A stretch of DNA of 64,000 nucleotides from an uncultured delta proteobacterium (GCA_963796685.1 CAWCMR010000025.1:1056001-1120000); one strand, 5' to 3'; positions 1 to 8,969 are shown, counted from the first letter of the stretch. Numbers and translations: made by a program. Notes: generated by a model from the sequence alone, not told the origin.

Positions 1-105
1 GTCTTGATTGGGGGTGGACCAGGCTCTTTTGGCCGGCAAGACATGGACGTCGAGCGTGGCCTTGGAGACGTCGATACCTACGAATGTGTCAGCTGTTGGT
101 GTCAC
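1..105 (-). CDS. IS110 family transposase/recombinase, N-terminal part (continues beyond left window edge)
   Basis: Hand translation from GTG at 105: MTPTADTFVGIDVSKATLDVHVLPAKRAWSTPNQD. GIDVSK..LDV is the DEDD RuvC-like N-terminal motif of IS110; AAAGGAG just upstream. Not in the ORF track. Confidence 0.88.
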   Translation of the reverse strand, partial: MTPTADTFVGIDVSKATLDVHVLPAKRAWSTPNQD

Positions 106-137
106 GGGCTCCTTTCGCGAAGGACTTCTGCTCTTGG

Positions 138-384
138 TATGCCCAGCCTTGCGGAGTATGCGGGCTCGAGGCCCTCTCATCTGTTCGGGCTGCTTGTGAA
201 AGTCGACACGACGACCCTCGCTCACCCACGGTCTTTGTGACCTGAGGGGCATCGGTCTGTCGTGCCGTTGAATCTCGTCGTGCTCCTTCGCCTTTGGGGG
301 CGAGCGTAGCCCAGCTTTGCTGGGCGAAGCGAGGGGGGACCGGGGGACTGCGAGCGAGAGCGAGCCAGTCCCCCGTAAGATACA
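138..384 (-). ncRNA. Predicted bridge RNA (target-binding loop 207-264, donor-binding loop 141-190)
   Basis: Stem CACGAC-A-GACC/GGTC-GTCGTG encloses GATGCCCCTCA, hairpin GGTC-ACAAA-GACC and GTGGGTGAGCGAG. A second loop GCCCGA-ACAGATGAGA-GGGC..GCCC-GCATACTCCGCAAGG-CTGGGC resembles the IS621 donor loop. Transcript ends unknown. Confidence 0.75.
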
Positions 385-386
385 AG

Positions 387-625
387 GGGCTTTCCCCCCT
401 TGCCCACCCGTCCTCCTTGGATCACCCTCGCCCACCCGTCGTCCTCGGGTCCCCTCGCCCCGCGCAGCGGGGAGAGGGACAGGGTGAGGGGCTTCCCCCC
501 CTTGCCCACCCGTCCTCCTTGGATCACCCTCGCCCACCCGTCGTCCTCGGGTCCCCTCGCCCCGCGCAGCGGGGAGAGGGACAGGGTGAGGGGCTTTCCC
601 CCCCTTGCCCACCCGTCCTCCTTGG
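387..625. repeat. 102-bp tandem repeat (about 2.3 units) containing the BoxC-like palindrome
   Basis: cccctcgccccgcgcagcggggagagggacagggtgagggg starts at 451 and 553; intervening sequence also repeated. Confidence 0.9.
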
Positions 626-631
626 GCCTGT

Positions 632-994
632 TCAATCCACGTCGAAGAAGAGCGAGTCGCGCTGCTTGAGGAAGGCCTTGATGGCGTCCTTCGCCTGGAG
701 CGAAAGCTGCAGGAACTGAAGCCCCATGCCCGCCTCGCCGCCACCGCCGGGCAGCGCGGTCGAGCGCACCCAGCGCACCTCCGTGAGGGCGTCGATGGGC
801 TCGCGAGAGGTGGGCAGGGTGAGGCGCAACTGGATGCGTTCGCCCACCGGCCGAATCAGGTGGGTGGCCACGAAGAGACCGCCGCCGCTCAGATCCGAGG
901 TCAGCCCGGTGTAGAAGTTGTGCTCGCTCTCGAGGGTGACCGCCACGGCGACGGCGTAGCGAGGCTCCTGGCGTCGATCGGCGGGGGAAGTCAT
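632..994 (-). CDS. TIGR02266-type PilZ-domain protein
   Basis: RRQEPR (RxxxR) and DLSGGG (D/NxSxxG) motifs; SEHNFYTG..GGLFVAT is typical of the myxobacterial family. Confidence 0.85.
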   Translation of the reverse strand: MTSPADRRQEPRYAVAVAVTLESEHNFYTGLTSDLSGGGLFVATHLIRPVGERIQLRLTLPTSREPIDALTEVRWVRSTALPGGGGEAGMGLQFLQLSLQAKDAIKAFLKQRDSLFFDVD

Positions 995-1089
995 GACGAC
1001 CTTCAGTCTAGCCCGAAATCGCAACACAAGACGAATCGGGCCATCGCACACCCTGCGGCACCCTGGTTTCTGCTAGATTTGCGTGTGCA

Positions 1090-1680
1090 ATGGCATCCAC
1101 GCGGCCTCAGGCACGGGCAGCGACCTATGAAGATCTCTGTCGGCTCCCGGAGAACGTCATCGGCGAGATTGTCGACGGCGACCTGGTGGTCTCACCGCGT
1201 CCGGCACCCCGCCACGCCATCGCGACCTCGTACCTTGCCGGCGAGCTGACCGGCCCCTACGGCCGCGGTCGCGGCGGCCCCGGCGGTTGGCTGATTCTCT
1301 TCGGGCCCGAATTGCACCTTGGCGGCCATGTGTTGGTCCCGGACCTGGCCGGGTGGCTGCGCGAACGCATGCCCACCGCGCCCGAGACCGCGTGGTTCGC
1401 CGTACGACCGAACTGGGTTTGCGAGGTGCTGTCGCCCTCGACGGCCATCTTGGACCGCACGCGCAAGCAGGACATCTACCGCGAACAAGAAGTACCGTGG
1501 CAGTGGTTCGTGGATCCAAGCTCCCGCACCATCGAGGTGCTCAAGCTCACGGGCAAGGATCTGGTCGTGGCCGGCACCTTCGGCGGCGACGGAGAGATGC
1601 GCATCCCGCCCTTCAACGCCGTGGCCATCGACGTCGGCGCCCTGTGGGACAGTCCCGTATCGCGAGCCGAGAATCCGTGA
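1090..1680 (+). CDS. Uma2 family (DUF820) PD-(D/E)xK endonuclease
   Basis: ATYEDL..GEIVDGDLVVSPRP..H, VPDLAGW, WVCEVLSPST..DR..K motifs. Confidence 0.9.
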   Translation: MASTRPQARAATYEDLCRLPENVIGEIVDGDLVVSPRPAPRHAIATSYLAGELTGPYGRGRGGPGGWLILFGPELHLGGHVLVPDLAGWLRERMPTAPETAWFAVRPNWVCEVLSPSTAILDRTRKQDIYREQEVPWQWFVDPSSRTIEVLKLTGKDLVVAGTFGGDGEMRIPPFNAVAIDVGALWDSPVSRAENP

Positions 1681-2435
1681 AGCTCATCTCCTGGAACGTC
1701 AACGGTCTGCGCTCGATCTTGCGCAAGGGATTTCTCGACTACCTCGACAAGGAAAAGCCCGACATCCTGTGCCTGCAGGAGATCAAGTGTCGCCCCGAGG
1801 ACGTGGAGAAGACCATGCCCGCGGGCTACACCGTGTACTTTCATCCCGCCAAGAAGCCCGGGTACGCCGGCACGGCCATCTTGTGCAAGGAGCCCCCGCT
1901 GGCCGTCGCGCCCCACGCGGAGGTCGTGAGCAAGAACCCCGACAACGAAGGTCGCGTCCTGACCGCCGAGCTCGACGACTTCTTCGTGGTCAACGTGTAC
2001 GTCCCCAATTCCAAGCGCGACCTCAGCCGACTCGACTTTCGCCAGGAATGGGATCGCGGTTTCCTCAAGTACCTCAAGCGGCTCGAGAAGAAGAAGCCCG
2101 TCATCTTCTGCGGCGACCTCAACGTGGCCCACACCGAGATCGATCTGGCCAATCCCAAGGCCAACACCAAGAACCACGGCTTCACGCCCGAGGAGCGCCG
2201 AGGCTTCGATGCCTTGGTGAAGGCCGACCTCGTCGACACCTTCCGCGTATTCGAGAAAGCCGGCGGTCACTACACCTGGTGGAGCCCCATGGGCTCTGCC
2301 CGCGCGCGCAACATCGGCTGGCGCCTCGACTACTTCCTGATCAGCGCCGCGCTCCGCCCCCGTCTCGCCAAGGCGTTCATCCGCCCCGCGGTGCGCGGCT
2401 CGGACCACTGCCCGGTGGGCATCGAGATCGAGTGA
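1677..2435 (+). CDS. xth: Exodeoxyribonuclease III
   Basis: ISWNVNGLRS, LCLQEIK, GDLNVAH, GWRLDY, GSDHCP motifs; GTG start overlaps the Uma2 stop. Confidence 0.95.
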   Translation: MKLISWNVNGLRSILRKGFLDYLDKEKPDILCLQEIKCRPEDVEKTMPAGYTVYFHPAKKPGYAGTAILCKEPPLAVAPHAEVVSKNPDNEGRVLTAELDDFFVVNVYVPNSKRDLSRLDFRQEWDRGFLKYLKRLEKKKPVIFCGDLNVAHTEIDLANPKANTKNHGFTPEERRGFDALVKADLVDTFRVFEKAGGHYTWWSPMGSARARNIGWRLDYFLISAALRPRLAKAFIRPAVRGSDHCPVGIEIE

Positions 2436-2564
2436 AGCCTGGCCAAACGCCCGCGCTCGTGCCTTGCCGAGCAAACAGCCCGACACGCCGACATGCCGAC
2501 CCGAACGACGCGATGCCCGTTGCCTCGACACGCGAGGCCAGCTCGGGTATGCTTTTCGCCCTTC

Positions 2565-3200
2565 ATGCGTGAGCTCTCGCGGATCCAAGGCGTCATCGTG
2601 CGCCACGCTCGTCGTGGCTTGCCGGCGCTTGTCTTGTTTGCCGCTACCTTGGGGTGTGCCAGCAGGCCCCCGCCGCCCAGTGGTTCCATCCAGGCCGTGG
2701 AGCTTGCCCCGGAGGAGCGGTTGGGTATCGACGACGTGTTCGAGGTGCGCGTGCTCGGCGAGCAGGATCTCTCCGGCCCCTACCGCATCGCCGCCGACGG
2801 CACCATCGACTATCCCTTCATCGGCCGCATCGCAGTCATCGGCATGCGTAGCGGCGACGTGCAAGAGCTCATCGCCTCCAAGCTGGCCGACGGCTACCTC
2901 AAGAAGCCGCAAGTCTCGGTGATGGTCAAAGAGTGGAACAGCCGCAAGGTATCGGTGATCGGCCAAGTGCAGAAGCCTGGCTCGGTGACCTATTTCACCA
3001 ACATGACCATCGTGGACGCCATCGCCGCCGCGGGCGGCTTCACCGGCATCGCCTCGAAGAACTCGGTGACCTTGCGTCGCGAAATCAAGGGCTCCGTGCA
3101 GAGCAAGAACTACCCCGTGGCCGACATCAGCGAGGGCCGCGCCCCCAACGTGGTGCTGCGCCCCGGCGACATCCTGGTCGTCGAAGAGCGGCTGTTCTAG
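2565..3200 (+). CDS. wza: Polysaccharide export OPX lipoprotein, short form (Poly_export + SLBB)
   Basis: Lipobox TLGC; DGTIDYPFIG; VIGQVQKPG; AIAAAGGFT; ends LRPGDILVVEERLF. Confidence 0.88.
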   Translation: MRELSRIQGVIVRHARRGLPALVLFAATLGCASRPPPPSGSIQAVELAPEERLGIDDVFEVRVLGEQDLSGPYRIAADGTIDYPFIGRIAVIGMRSGDVQELIASKLADGYLKKPQVSVMVKEWNSRKVSVIGQVQKPGSVTYFTNMTIVDAIAAAGGFTGIASKNSVTLRREIKGSVQSKNYPVADISEGRAPNVVLRPGDILVVEERLF

Positions 3201-3605
3201 CGCACCGGTTCCCCGAGGATCAGCCGAAGCATTTCCAAGACTCCGTCGGTGTTCTCGAATAGAATCGCGGTTGGTGAACCTGACGACGCGGACCCCGCGC
3301 GAGGCAAGGTATTCGGTCCTCCGCCGGTCGTAGGCCAGGCCTTCAAGGGTGAAGTGTTGGCCGCCGTCCAGCTCAACGGCCAGCCGCTGGTCCGTACAAT
3401 AGAAGTCGACAATGTACGGCCCGACCGGATGCTGGCGGCGGAACTTCAGACCGAAGAACTGTCGCCTGCGCAGCAAGCGCCACAAAAGTCGCTCGGCGTC
3501 GGTCGAGCATGCCCGAAGCGCGCGCCGGCGTGTCCGTGCTACGTCCATGACTGGATTCTCGGATGCAGCGGCGGCGGAGTTGCTTGTGATTGTCCCTCGC
3601 ATCAT
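3197..3605 (-). CDS. DUF559 (YcjD-like) endonuclease-domain protein, with one frameshift near 3262
   Basis: TDAERLLW..LR, KFRRQHPVGPYIVDFYC, VELDGGQH, RTEYL..GVRVVRFTN. The C-terminus LFENTDGVLEMLRLIL follows in another frame after one extra T. Confidence 0.85.
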
Positions 3606-3660
3606 TGCGCCACCCTTGGTTTCCGGCTAGCGTCGGGAGCCCATGCTTGGCGCCACCGCG

Positions 3661-3702
3661 GCCCCTCACCCCAACCCTCTCCCCGCTGCGCGGGGCGAGG
3701 GG
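3661..3702. repeat. BoxC-like palindrome, inverted relative to the adjacent array
   Basis: gcccctcaccccaaccctctccccgctgcgcggggcgagggg. Confidence 0.9.
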
Positions 3703-3715
3703 GTAGCTAGAGGTG

Positions 3716-4880
3716 GTCCCCTCCCCGCCGCCTCCTCCTTGGGTCCCCTCGCCCCGCGCAGCGGGGAGAGGGACAGGGTGAGAGGCAACTTCCCCCTCCC
3801 CCACCGCCTCCTCCTCGGGTCCCCTCGCCCCGCGCAGCGGGGAGAGGGACAGGGTGAGGGGCAACTTCCCCCTCCCCGCCGCCTCCTCCTTGGGTCCCCT
3901 CGCCCCGCGCAGCGGGGAGAGGGACAGGGTGAGGGGCAACTTCCCCCTCCCCGCCGCCTCCTCCTTGGGTCCCCTCGCCCCGCGCAGCGGGGAGAGGGAC
4001 AGGGTGAGGGGCAACTTCCCCTTCCCCACCGCCTCCTCCTTGGGTCCCCTCGCCCCGCGCAGCGGGGAGAGGGACAGGGTGAGGGGCAACTTCCCCTTCC
4101 CCACCGCCTCCTCCTCGGGTCCCCTCGCCCCGCGCAGCGGGGAGAGGGACAGGGTGAGGGGCAACTTCCCCCTCCCCACCGCCTCCTCCTCGGGTCCCCT
4201 CGCCCCGCGCAGCGGGGAGAGGGACAGGGTGAGGGGCAACTTCCCCCTCCCCACCGCCTCCTCCTTGGACAGGGTGAGGGGCAACTTCCCCCTCCCCGCC
4301 GCCTCCTCCTCGGGTCCCCTCGCCCCGCGCAGCGGGGAGAGGGACAGGGTGAGGGGCAACTTCCCCCTCCCCACCGCCTCCTCCTTGGGTCCCCTCGCCC
4401 CGCGCAGCGGGGAGAGGGACAGGGTGAGGGGCAACTTCCCCCTCCCCGCCGCCTCCTCCTTGGGTCCCCTCGCCCCGCGCAGCGGGGAGAGGGACAGGGT
4501 GAGGGGCAACTTCCCCCTCCCCGCCGCCTCCTCCTCGGGTCCCCTCGCCCCGCGCAGCGGGGAGAGGGACAGGGTGTGGGCAACTTCCCCCTCCCCCACC
4601 GCCTCCTCCTTGGGTCCCCTCGCCCCGCGCAGCGGGGAGAGGGACAGGGTGTGGGGCAACTTCCCCCTCCCCACCGCCTCCTCCTTGGGTCCCCTCGCCC
4701 CGCGCAGCGGGGAGAGGGACAGGGTGTGGGGCAACTTCCCCCTCCCCACCGCCTCCTCCTTGGGTCCCCTCGCCCCGCGCAGCGGGGAGAGGGACAGGGT
4801 GTGGGGCAACTTCCCCCTCCCCACCGCCTCCTCCTTGGGTCCCCTCGCCCCGCGCAGCGGGGAGAGGGACAGGGTGAGGA
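3716..4880. repeat. 75-bp tandem array of BoxC-like palindromes (15 full units plus one 45-bp unit)
   Basis: Hairpin starts at 3745, 3821, 3896, 3971, 4046, 4121, 4196, 4316, 4391, 4466, 4541, 4616, 4691, 4766, 4841. The unit at about 4265 lacks the hairpin. No unique spacers. Confidence 0.97.
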
Positions 4881-4893
4881 GCGACCTTTGAAC

Positions 4894-7431
4894 ATGCCCG
4901 CGGATCTCCCAGCCAGGGTGCCCCCTAAAAGGCGAGGCCGGGACCGCAGAAGGGACCGCGGCTCCCGCAGCGCCGCGCCCACCTTCGCGACCGCGGCCCT
5001 CCTCGGCATCCTGCTCGTCGGCGCCCCCCTCGCCCTCGGCGACGTTCACCGCCTGACCTTTCTCATCACACTCGTCGTCGCCGCGTTCCTCTCCCTTGCC
5101 ACCGCCTGGCTGGCCACCCGCTGCACCAGCAAGCTCGCCACCGTCGCGCTGGCCTTTCCTCTCTTCTTTCTCGTGGTGGCCGCCGCCCAAGTCATCCCCC
5201 TTCCCCCCGGGCTGCACGCGCTCCTCGACCCCAAGGGCTCGGCCCTGCTCGCCCTGGCCGGCCTCAAAGGAGCACAGCCGCTCAGCCTGGATCCCCCCGA
5301 AACCTACGCCGAGCTCGCCAAAGCCGCCGCGGCCTTCTGCGTGACCCTGGCCGCGCTGGTGCTTGCAAGCGGTCGTCGCCTCCACTTCGTCGCGCCGGGT
5401 TTGGTCGCCAGCGCCGGCCTTCTCGCCTTGGCCGTGGGACTCGGCCACCGCGCGGCTGCCGAGTCCATGATCTACGGCCACTTCCCAACCGGCGGCGGCC
5501 TTCCCGTCGGCCCCTTCATCAACCCCAACCACACCTCCGAATTCCTCGAGCTTCTCCGCCTTCGCCGCCCTGGCCTTCGCCTTCTCTCGCCCCAGCCGCG
5601 ACGGACAGCGCATCTGGAAGCTGCTCGCCGCGGTCCTGGCCGCCGGCGCGATCTCCACCTTGTCGCGTGGCTCCGTGCTGGCCCTGGGTGCCGGCGCCTT
5701 CGCCTGGTTCATGCTCGCCCCTCGATCGGACGAAGGCGAGCCCTTTCACCGCAGCAAATTCGTGGCCGTCCTGCTCGCCCTGGTGGTCGTGGTGGGCCTG
5801 ACCATCGGCCTCGGTGGCGACAAGATCATCGACGAGTTCCGCGGCACCGTCAGCGACAACCTATCCAAGTTCGCCCTGTCGAAAGACGCCTTGTCCATCG
5901 TGTCCGCCCATCCCGCCGGCATCGGCCTGGGCGCCTTCGCCCGCGTCTACCCCGTCTACCAAACCCTGCCGGCGACCGCCTGGTTCCAGTTCGTCGAAGA
6001 CCAACCCCTCGGCATCCTGATCGAAGCCGGCATCGCGGGCATGGCCGTTCTGCTCGGCCTATGGCTCTGGGTCGCGCGCAGGTTCTGGAAGCAGGCGCGC
6101 CGGGATCGGGTCGAAGCCTCGCTGGTGGCCGGCATGGTCGCCGTGCTCGCCCACAACATCGTCGACTTCGGGCTCGAAACCGCGGGCGTGCTGCTGCCCT
6201 TCTGCGCCCTGCTCGGCACCGTCTTCGGCAGGCAAGCCGGCGGCGCCGACGACATGGCTGCCCGCAACCGACGCCCCACCTTCTTCGCCATCGTCGGACT
6301 TTTCTCCGCCCTCGCCGGCATCCTCTTGCTGCGCAACCCTGCCGCGCGCGACTTCGACGCGCGGCTCAAGCCACCCCTGACCGCGGCCAGCCGCGCCCTC
6401 GCCCACGCCGCCTCCCTCGCCCACCCGACGGACTACGCCTATGCGCTCGCCGAGGCGCGGCTCGAGCCGAAGGCTCCACCGCCGCCAGCACCCAGACCCG
6501 CCTGCGCATGCTCAACCGGGCCATGCTGCTGTGTCCCCGCTGCGTGGGCGCGCACGAGGAAGCCGCCCGTGCGCTGTGGGGCCTCGGCCGCCGAAAGCAG
6601 TCCTTGCTGGAATGGAAAACCGTGGTCACCGAGTCGCGCCCAAGCCTGGGCCCTGTCCTCGACGGCCTCCTCGCCAGCGGCGCCAAGCCCGACGAGCTGG
6701 CCACCCTGGCCGACAACGAGAATCGATTCGCCGTCAGCCGCTACCTGCTCGCGCACGGAGCAATCGAAGCCGCCAAGAGCACCCTGAGCCAAACCCCGAA
6801 CGAAGGGGCCGAGCTGTACCTCGTCAAGGCGCAGATCGCCCTTGCCGCCAAGGACACCCAGGGGGCGCGCAAGGCCATCGAGCGTGCCCAGACCATCGAG
6901 CCGCGCGGCGCACGCGTGGCGCTGATGGCCGCGGACATCGCGCTGCTCGATCCGGAGCGCACCGACGAGGCCATGACCATCCTGCGGGCGGGCCTTCGCT
7001 TCGCGCCCACCGACGTGGAGCTGAATCGCAGGGTGCTTGCCCTGCTCATGCAGACCGACAAGTGGCAGGCCATCGATCAGGCCCTGGCCGGATTCCGCGC
7101 GGCGCTGGCCGAGGCCGGCGCACCTAGCACCGACGCGAACCTTGCCGCCGCGCGCATCTTCGAGCAGCGCGGTCAGTTCCGTCGCGCCATGTCCGAATAC
7201 CAGGCCGCCCTGGCGCAGCTTCCCGACAACATCGGCATTCGACTGGCGCTGGCCCACGACGCCGAGGAAATCGGTGGCATCACCTCGGCCGTCGACGCGT
7301 ACGACGAAGTCCTGCGGCGCGATCCGACGAATCAGCAAGCCCGCGCCGCGCTGGCCAGAATCCAGGTCGACAAGAAGCAGCTTGAAGTCGACAGCATCCT
7401 GCACGCGCACACCGGCCAGGACAACAAGTAG
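4894..7431 (+). CDS. O-antigen ligase/Wzy_C-family membrane protein with C-terminal TPR domain (compensating frameshifts near 5550 and 6475)
   Basis: Multi-TM N-terminus, FINPNH motif, then SRG..GIGLGAF..AHNIVDF in ORF 5660-6787, then TPR-like helices in the original frame. Confidence 0.75.
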   Translation: MPADLPARVPPKRRGRDRRRDRGSRSAAPTFATAALLGILLVGAPLALGDVHRLTFLITLVVAAFLSLATAWLATRCTSKLATVALAFPLFFLVVAAAQVIPLPPGLHALLDPKGSALLALAGLKGAQPLSLDPPETYAELAKAAAAFCVTLAALVLASGRRLHFVAPGLVASAGLLALAVGLGHRAAAESMIYGHFPTGGGLPVGPFINPNHTSEFLELLRLRRPGLRLLSPQPRRTAHLEAARRGPGRRRDLHLVAWLRAGPGCRRLRLVHARPSIGRRRALSPQQIRGRPARPGGRGGPDHRPRWRQDHRRVPRHRQRQPIQVRPVERRLVHRVRPSRRHRPGRLRPRLPRLPNPAGDRLVPVRRRPTPRHPDRSRHRGHGRSARPMALGRAQVLEAGAPGSGRSLAGGRHGRRARPQHRRLRARNRGRAAALLRPARHRLRQASRRRRRHGCPQPTPHLLRHRRTFLRPRRHPLAAQPCRARLRRAAQATPDRGQPRPRPRRLPRPPDGLRLCARRGAARAEGSTAASTQTRLRMLNRAMLLCPRCVGAHEEAARALWGLGRRKQSLLEWKTVVTESRPSLGPVLDGLLASGAKPDELATLADNENRFAVSRYLLAHGAIEAAKSTLSQTPNEGAELYLVKAQIALAAKDTQGARKAIERAQTIEPRGARVALMAADIALLDPERTDEAMTILRAGLRFAPTDVELNRRVLALLMQTDKWQAIDQALAGFRAALAEAGAPSTDANLAAARIFEQRGQFRRAMSEYQAALAQLPDNIGIRLALAHDAEEIGGITSAVDAYDEVLRRDPTNQQARAALARIQVDKKQLEVDSILHAHTGQDNK

Positions 7432-7482
7432 CCGGCCGATCGGCGCGACGTCATTCGATTCCTGCCCGGCGCCCGCGGTTCG

Positions 7483-7528
7483 GTCCCCTCGCCCCGGCGG
7501 CAGCCGGGGAGAGGGACAGGGTGAGGGG
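7483..7528. repeat. BoxC-like palindrome
   Basis: gtcccctcgccccggcggcagccggggagagggacagggtgagggg. Confidence 0.88.
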
Positions 7529-7569
7529 CTCGATGTGAAACATGTTATCGCCCATGGTACCCTTGCCCC

Positions 7570-7824
7570 ATGACCTCGATGACGGTGCGTGACATACGAC
7601 TGCACTGGCCCAAGGCCGAGAAGGCTCTGGCTGAGGGCGAGGAGATCCTCATCACCCGCGATTCCAAGCCGGTGGCTCGACTGCTGCCCCTGGTGCCGGG
7701 CGCGGGACAGAAGCGGCAACGATTCGACCCCATCGCCCACGCGCGACGAATGCAACGATTCTGGAAGAACCGGCCCTCCCAGCCCTCGACCGATGTGCTC
7801 CTGGCCAAGGACCGCGAGCAGTAG
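7570..7824 (+). CDS. Phd/YefM family antitoxin
   Basis: MTVRDIR..GEEILITRDSKPVARL; near-identical to 12178-12432. Confidence 0.85.
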   Translation: MTSMTVRDIRLHWPKAEKALAEGEEILITRDSKPVARLLPLVPGAGQKRQRFDPIAHARRMQRFWKNRPSQPSTDVLLAKDREQ

Positions 7825-7836
7825 GACGCCGAGGAA

Positions 7837-8038
7837 ATGGATCTGTACCTCGACACGAGCTGTCTTCTGAAGCTGTTCTTTCCCGAGCCCGAGAGCACCA
7901 CCGTGGCCTCGCAAGTCGCCGCAGAAGAGCATGTCGTCGTTTCCACGTTGCCTGGGCCTGCGGCGTCTGCTCACCAACGACGAGATCCAAGGCCTGGCGG
8001 CGAAAGCCCGCGGTTTCGAGGTACTACTGCCTCGTTGA
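7837..8038 (+). pseudogene. VapC/PIN toxin with internal deletion
   Basis: Matches 12445-12879 but lacks the equivalent of 12559-12791 (junction at 7950/7951), causing a frameshift. Confidence 0.88.
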
Positions 8039-8513
8039 CTCCACGGCCAATAGCGCCCCCGGCCGGAATCCGAGGCGGATCAGGAGGCACGATGATGCGC
8101 GGACCGTGTTTGGCAGCCAGCCGCTCGAAATCCGCGGGGTTCAGCGTGACGAGAGCCTCCGACCGCGACGCCTCGGCTGCGACCAGATGAAGCGCATCGA
8201 AGATGGCCCCAGAGCGCTCACCGCGCTCGGCGCAGCGACGCATGGCCTGTCGGTACAGAGCCGCGGTCATAGCCAGTGGCCGGATATGTTCGGTCAACCG
8301 CTCGACCATCAGCTCGGCCGCGCGCGCTCCGACGAGGGGAGTGACTGGAAGGCGCGTAAGGACCGACCAGGTCTCGGCCACTGCGTGCCAGGCCATGACC
8401 CCCTGGATCTCGCCATTAGCGGCTGCCTGCACCCAGTGCAAGGCCCGGGCGTGGGCCGGATGGGGCGACACGAGCGCGGGAACGAGAACGGACGTGTCGA
8501 AGCAAACCTTCAC
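7971..8513 (-). CDS. PIN-domain (VapC-like) toxin
   Basis: CFDTSVLV..E..IFDALH..LVTLN..DF; C-terminus runs on into the antisense of the neighbouring TA copy. Confidence 0.85.
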   Translation of the reverse strand: MKVCFDTSVLVPALVSPHPAHARALHWVQAAANGEIQGVMAWHAVAETWSVLTRLPVTPLVGARAAELMVERLTEHIRPLAMTAALYRQAMRRCAERGERSGAIFDALHLVAAEASRSEALVTLNPADFERLAAKHGPRIIVPPDPPRIPAGGAIGRGVNEAVVPRNRGLSPPGLGSRRW

Positions 8514-8767
8514 GAGCGTGCCAGGCTCTCGAGTCTGTCGTGGCGAACGTGGCGATGGTCTGGCACGGTGCCGTCGAGTCGGCCACCAACTACCAGGATC
8601 CCGCCCTTCTCCTCGATCCGCGCCTCCTCGTGTTCGGGTTCAAGAAGAATGCTCTGGGGCCCCTCGGTGATCCGCAACCGACTGCCGGCGACCAGATGCA
8701 GACGGCGGCGCACAGGTAGGGGCACCACCAGCCGGCCCGCGGCATCAATGGTAATTGTTGATGGCAT
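8510..8767 (-). CDS. AbrB/MazE/SpoVT family antitoxin
   Basis: ITIDAAGRLVVPLPVRRRLHLVAG; overlaps the PIN start by 4 bp. Confidence 0.85.
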   Translation of the reverse strand: MPSTITIDAAGRLVVPLPVRRRLHLVAGSRLRITEGPQSILLEPEHEEARIEEKGGILVVGGRLDGTVPDHRHVRHDRLESLARS

Positions 8768-8807
8768 AATGGTAATGATAGCTGGCGGCCTGGGGTAGGG
8801 GCAAGCC

Positions 8808-8969
8808 TTATCTCGATGGGAGCGCACCCGGTTGCGGCTGGTTTTCCCAAAGCCCGCGAATAGGCACTGCGAAAAGGTCGTCACCGAACCTGACGACGTT
8901 CTCGCCGTCGTACAAGACCACGCCCGCGGCGAAGCGCGTGCCTGTCGCGGCCTTCAGCTTTCGTATCCC
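8808..8969 (-). pseudogene. C-terminal remnant of AAA/DUF4143 protein
   Basis: Hand translation GIRKLKAATGTRFAAGVVLYDGENVVRFGDDLFAVPIRGLW; cut off upstream near a GTAG-REP. Confidence 0.7.

Larger units (their letters stand above)
1..386 (-). mobile_element. IS110-group insertion sequence, left end plus start of transposase, inserted in a BoxC-like repeat
   Basis: On the minus strand the flank ...AAAGCCC, core CT (386-385), then TGTATCTTAC... The flank equals the left half of the repeat target seen intact at about 482-500 and 584-602. Confidence 0.85.

Noticed and set aside
89-385. 98-aa ORF repeated at 53420-53800
   Set aside because: It is the structured non-coding IS110 left end, not a protein family.
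1476-3196. 709-aa DUF559 fusion ORF
   Set aside because: Produced by the frameshift; the rest is antisense to xth and wza.
3716-4880. CRISPR array
   Set aside because: Sequences between the hairpins are near-identical rather than unique spacers, and there are no cas genes.
3373-5712. Long repeat-protein ORFs in several frames, including the N-terminus of 3643-7431
   Set aside because: A stop-free 75-bp unit opens multiple frames on both strands; no evidence that any is real.
5540-6490. Programmed frameshifting or phase variation in the wzy-like gene
   Set aside because: No slippery heptamer or long homopolymer tract; compensating indels fit sequencing error.
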